Positions 60,898 to 64,000 of a DNA stretch of 64,000 bases are shown here, in pieces. Below the pieces are notes generated by a model, which worked only from the letters and a program-made list of their open reading frames with translations, searched no databases and was not told the origin of the DNA. Origin of the DNA: an uncultured cyanobacterium. GTDB lineage: Bacteria; Cyanobacteriota; Cyanobacteriia; Leptolyngbyales; Leptolyngbyaceae. The position numbers and the translations under genes are program-made. The stretch is from the NCBI GenBank assembly GCA_963766075.1, contig CAVYAN010000051.1, positions 1 through 64,000 on the forward strand. The letters run 5' to 3'. How positions within the stretch are numbered: position 1 is the stretch's first letter; each line of letters opens with the position of its first letter.

Positions 60898-61339
60898 AAT
60901 TTCATGGGATCCGCGCCAACGGTGCATTCAGTATGCAGGATTCAAGTTCCTTGCCCTGAAGCATTGGTAGCTTGGTGCTCTAACTTGGTGCTCTAACTTG
61001 AACCCAGGATTGGTATAAACCTTGGCATGAATGTTGGTATAAGTGGTGCAGTTTACTGCTCTCTCCTCTCCTTTTTTCGTAGGGCTTTGAGGCCGATACC
61101 AGAGACTGCTCACCCTTGGGAGTTGGTGCATAATAATGCTTCTGTCGAGGTATTATCGATTGAAAATCCGACGAGATAAATCTATTTGATAAGGACAAAT
61201 TTGAACCAAGTTTGAACCAATTTCAACTACGGCCAGAATTTGACAAACGGACACAGAAATGGAAAATGTAGGGGTGATATTTTTGATGAATTAATTGGCA
61301 GGGCGAGGACCAGTTGTCGTGAGTCGTGTGTGGAGTGGG

Positions 61340-62344
61340 ATGAATCGAAGATTTTTCACAATGGCAGCGTTCGCTGTGCTTTGTTTCGCGACTGTCGTGC
61401 TCACGGTTTCTGCGGGGAGCGCCCAGTTGAAAAATGCCATTGGCTTTGAGAGGCCCGGGTGGTCAGCGGCAGATCCGGTTCCGCAGGCAACCCCGGCCTT
61501 AAGACCATCGGTTTCGCGGATGTGTGCCGTACAGCCAACGCGACGTCGAAGCCCGGGTCAGCGCGTGGCCCCGACGCCTCTGGTTGATCCGGGCGAAACC
61601 ATGACGCTGGAACGATTTCGAGGACCACTTCTGTCGGAGATAAAAGGAATCAAGCCTCCAGAAGAAATCGCACTGATTGATCCGAGTAACTATGGCGATC
61701 GCTTTCTGAAGGACATAGACGGTAGGCCCGTTCCCCATCAACCGATCATTGTTCTGCACGAAACTGTGGGCTCTGCCAGTAGTGTGGTCAACTACTTTCG
61801 TACCCCCCATCCCAACGACGACGATCAGGTCAGCTACCATACTCTGGTTAAGTTGAATGGAACGGTGGTCTACTTGGTGCCCCCGGAAAAGCGGGCCTTT
61901 GGGGCTGGCAATTCAGTATTTAAGGGCGAAAAGGGTCTAGAGACGGTCAAAACCAATGCGGCTTTTCCTCCTTCCGTGAATAATTTTGCCTATCATATTT
62001 CTTTGGAAACTCCGGCAGATGGCGAAAATAATGGGACGCGCCATAGCGGCTATACCGTGAAGCAATATCAATCCTTGGCTTGGTTAGTGGCTCGTACAGG
62101 TGTTCCCAATGAGCGCATCACCATGCACAAAATTGTGGATCGTTCCAGTTCCCGAATCGACCCTCGCAGTTTCGATTGGCCAGACCTCGTGCGACGGCTC
62201 AGTACGTTGCCACGTAGTCAAGAGGTAATCATTGACTGTGTTGCCCCCTCGGACACGGTCGATAATCCTCCAAGTTCCGCTCCTGCTAAGCCCCAGTCGG
62301 ATAAGTCAATGCTGCATCCGGGAGTTTTTGGTAAGATGGCGTAG
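61340..62344 (+). CDS. N-acetylmuramoyl-L-alanine amidase (Amidase_2)
   Basis: IVLHETV, VSYHTL, KRAFGAG, HISLETP, HK.VD...DPRSF; signal peptide. Confidence 0.85.
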   Translation: MNRRFFTMAAFAVLCFATVVLTVSAGSAQLKNAIGFERPGWSAADPVPQATPALRPSVSRMCAVQPTRRRSPGQRVAPTPLVDPGETMTLERFRGPLLSEIKGIKPPEEIALIDPSNYGDRFLKDIDGRPVPHQPIIVLHETVGSASSVVNYFRTPHPNDDDQVSYHTLVKLNGTVVYLVPPEKRAFGAGNSVFKGEKGLETVKTNAAFPPSVNNFAYHISLETPADGENNGTRHSGYTVKQYQSLAWLVARTGVPNERITMHKIVDRSSSRIDPRSFDWPDLVRRLSTLPRSQEVIIDCVAPSDTVDNPPSSAPAKPQSDKSMLHPGVFGKMA

Positions 62345-62412
62345 TTTGATCAGGTGCCGCAGAGTTTGAATCTTTGAATTACTACTTTTTTGGATCGCCC
62401 TTTGGGATTACT

Positions 62413-63657
62413 CTACGGGCGCTGTTCTGCGTTATCCCGCTCAGTTCTCACCCACTGAGTCTGTGGCTTAGTAAAAAATTTGAAATAGAGGGGAATTTTC
62501 CAGAGAATGTATAGGGGAATGGCGAGCAGTGCCTGAGATGGGATCATGTCGCTAGCGAACTTTGCCCAAGAAATGAATACAGAGGTGAAGATCAAGCCAG
62601 TGCCCAGTCCGGCAACTATTGCGGGCAGTAGAAAGCCCCCGAATTCTGCCGCCAAGAGGGCCACACCCGCCAGGGTCAGCCATAACAGTACCAGCAGGGA
62701 CAGGGGCGGAATGCTCAAATCCAAGGCGAAAATACCCAAGTCCCAGCGTCTTTGCTGGATCGCAGCTTGCACTAACCGTGGGACTTGAGTCACCAAGGTC
62801 TGCAAATGGCCATGTTCCCATCGCGTTCGTTGACTGGTAGCTGCCCCCATGCGCTGGGGTAGAATGCCGGTGACTCGAGCGTTGGCGCAGAAGATCGGGG
62901 AAACTCCGGCGATCGCCAAATCCACAGACACCTGCATATCCTCAACAATATTGCCACTGGCGAGAGAAACCTTTTGCAACACGGCCCAGGGAAAGGCCAT
63001 TCCGGTTCCCCCTAGGATGGCATGGAGACCCATTTGGGAGAGGCCCGCCAGACGAACCCAATTCTTGACCGTCACCGCCAGGGTCGAAATGGCATACTCT
63101 GGCTTCGACTGGTTCGGGGGGGCGAGCAAATAGATGGACTGTACCGGACGCTGCCGTTCAAAGGCTAAGTGCGCAATTTGGTCGATCGCCCCATCTGCCA
63201 TTAAGCAGTCTGCATCCACGATGATCACCACGTCTGGAGGGTGATGGGCCAAAACCTGCAACCCAAAGTCGAGAGCATAGCCCTTGCCCCGGCGCTCAGG
63301 ATCTTGACGCTCGATCACCGTAGCTCCCGCTTGGCGAGACACTTCGGCAGTATGGTCATTGCAATTATCGGCAATCACAATGAGGCGATCTGTTGCTCCT
63401 AACTGGGGCAGAAGGGTGGCCAATGTTTGGGGAATGCCAAGGGCTTCATTGTGGGCAGGGACTAGTACTGCGACACTGGGTTGCGCCCCCGAGTGTTGAT
63501 CGATAGATTTGATAGAAGATGGGATAGATTTTTGCCCAGATGTTTGGCTAGAGACGACTGCCATTAAACATTCCACAAAAAACAATGTGGTGGGTATTAA
63601 CAACGCCAATGTCATGATCAGTATGGCGATCGCAATCCCTTGGGCCAGATAATTCAT
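62413..63657 (-). CDS. Glycosyltransferase family 2
   Basis: VPAHNE, ADNCND, GKGYAL, DAD, VEDM, QRTRW. Confidence 0.92.
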   Translation of the reverse strand: MNYLAQGIAIAILIMTLALLIPTTLFFVECLMAVVSSQTSGQKSIPSSIKSIDQHSGAQPSVAVLVPAHNEALGIPQTLATLLPQLGATDRLIVIADNCNDHTAEVSRQAGATVIERQDPERRGKGYALDFGLQVLAHHPPDVVIIVDADCLMADGAIDQIAHLAFERQRPVQSIYLLAPPNQSKPEYAISTLAVTVKNWVRLAGLSQMGLHAILGGTGMAFPWAVLQKVSLASGNIVEDMQVSVDLAIAGVSPIFCANARVTGILPQRMGAATSQRTRWEHGHLQTLVTQVPRLVQAAIQQRRWDLGIFALDLSIPPLSLLVLLWLTLAGVALLAAEFGGFLLPAIVAGLGTGLIFTSVFISWAKFASDMIPSQALLAIPLYILWKIPLYFKFFTKPQTQWVRTERDNAEQRP

Positions 63658-63747
63658 TTAAAAGACCTTGTCCAGTGAAAAGTGTTTAGGAGTCGGACGT
63701 CTGAGTGGACGACGAGGCTAGACGGGCGACGAGGCCAGATGGGAGCA

Positions 63748-64000
63748 TTACAGGTGTGTGGACTGTTTTGGCTTTAGCACATTCAGGCTTTCCAGCAGAG
63801 CTGGATCCCCTGGTGTCTCCCGAAGGCTGCTGCTCCAGTCGGTCTTATTGTAAGCCGTGGATTGCTTTTTGCCCCCATCGTTCGCGACCACCCCCACGAG
63901 TGGAATCCGAAAGCGAGCCAACTCAGCCAGTACCCGCTTCACCTTAGGACGATTGGTTTTACAAATACCCACGGTCATGAGAATGCCATCGGTGAGGGCT
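63748..64000 (-). CDS. C-terminus of a Wzc/GumC-like polysaccharide tyrosine autokinase (partial)
   Basis: ALTDGILMTVGICKT...LVGVVAN, upstream of a GT2. Confidence 0.65.
   Translation of the reverse strand, partial: ALTDGILMTVGICKTNRPKVKRVLAELARFRIPLVGVVANDGGKKQSTAYNKTDWSSSLRETPGDPALLESLNVLKPKQSTHL

Overview
Cyanobacterial chromosomal window: the HIP1 octamer GCGATCGC is abundant throughout, and btpA, mgdA, ebsA and a cyanobacterial-type 6S RNA are present. It is mostly core genes: ygfZ end, an LCP protein, cbiD, guaA, thrB, 5-oxoprolinase, rlpA, purM, rsmA, ispE, truB, futB/futC, an amidase, a GT2 and a Wzc-like end. Notable features: (1) a dense cluster of cyanobacterial DnaA boxes (TTTTCCACA) between guaA and thrB, an oriC candidate with no dnaA/dnaN next to it; (2) a 14-kb locus encoding a 3914-aa DUF4347/RTX/FG-GAP protein followed by a co-oriented Lpg1974-like outer-membrane beta-barrel, with no T1SS genes in the window; (3) a 403-bp tandem duplication of ebsA whose amino-acid changes all fall in the first 27 codons; (4) three copies of a ~120-145 bp MITE-like element, one with its internal loop inverted; (5) a triuret-hydrolase-like ABC operon with an NtcA-type promoter; (6) a FecR-CHASE2 kinase pair, a MazEF-type TA module, and a radical SAM gene overlapping mgdA. 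Several 1-2 bp frameshifts in the first 17 kb look like sequencing errors. All calls come from reading the sequence and recalled family features; no searches were run.
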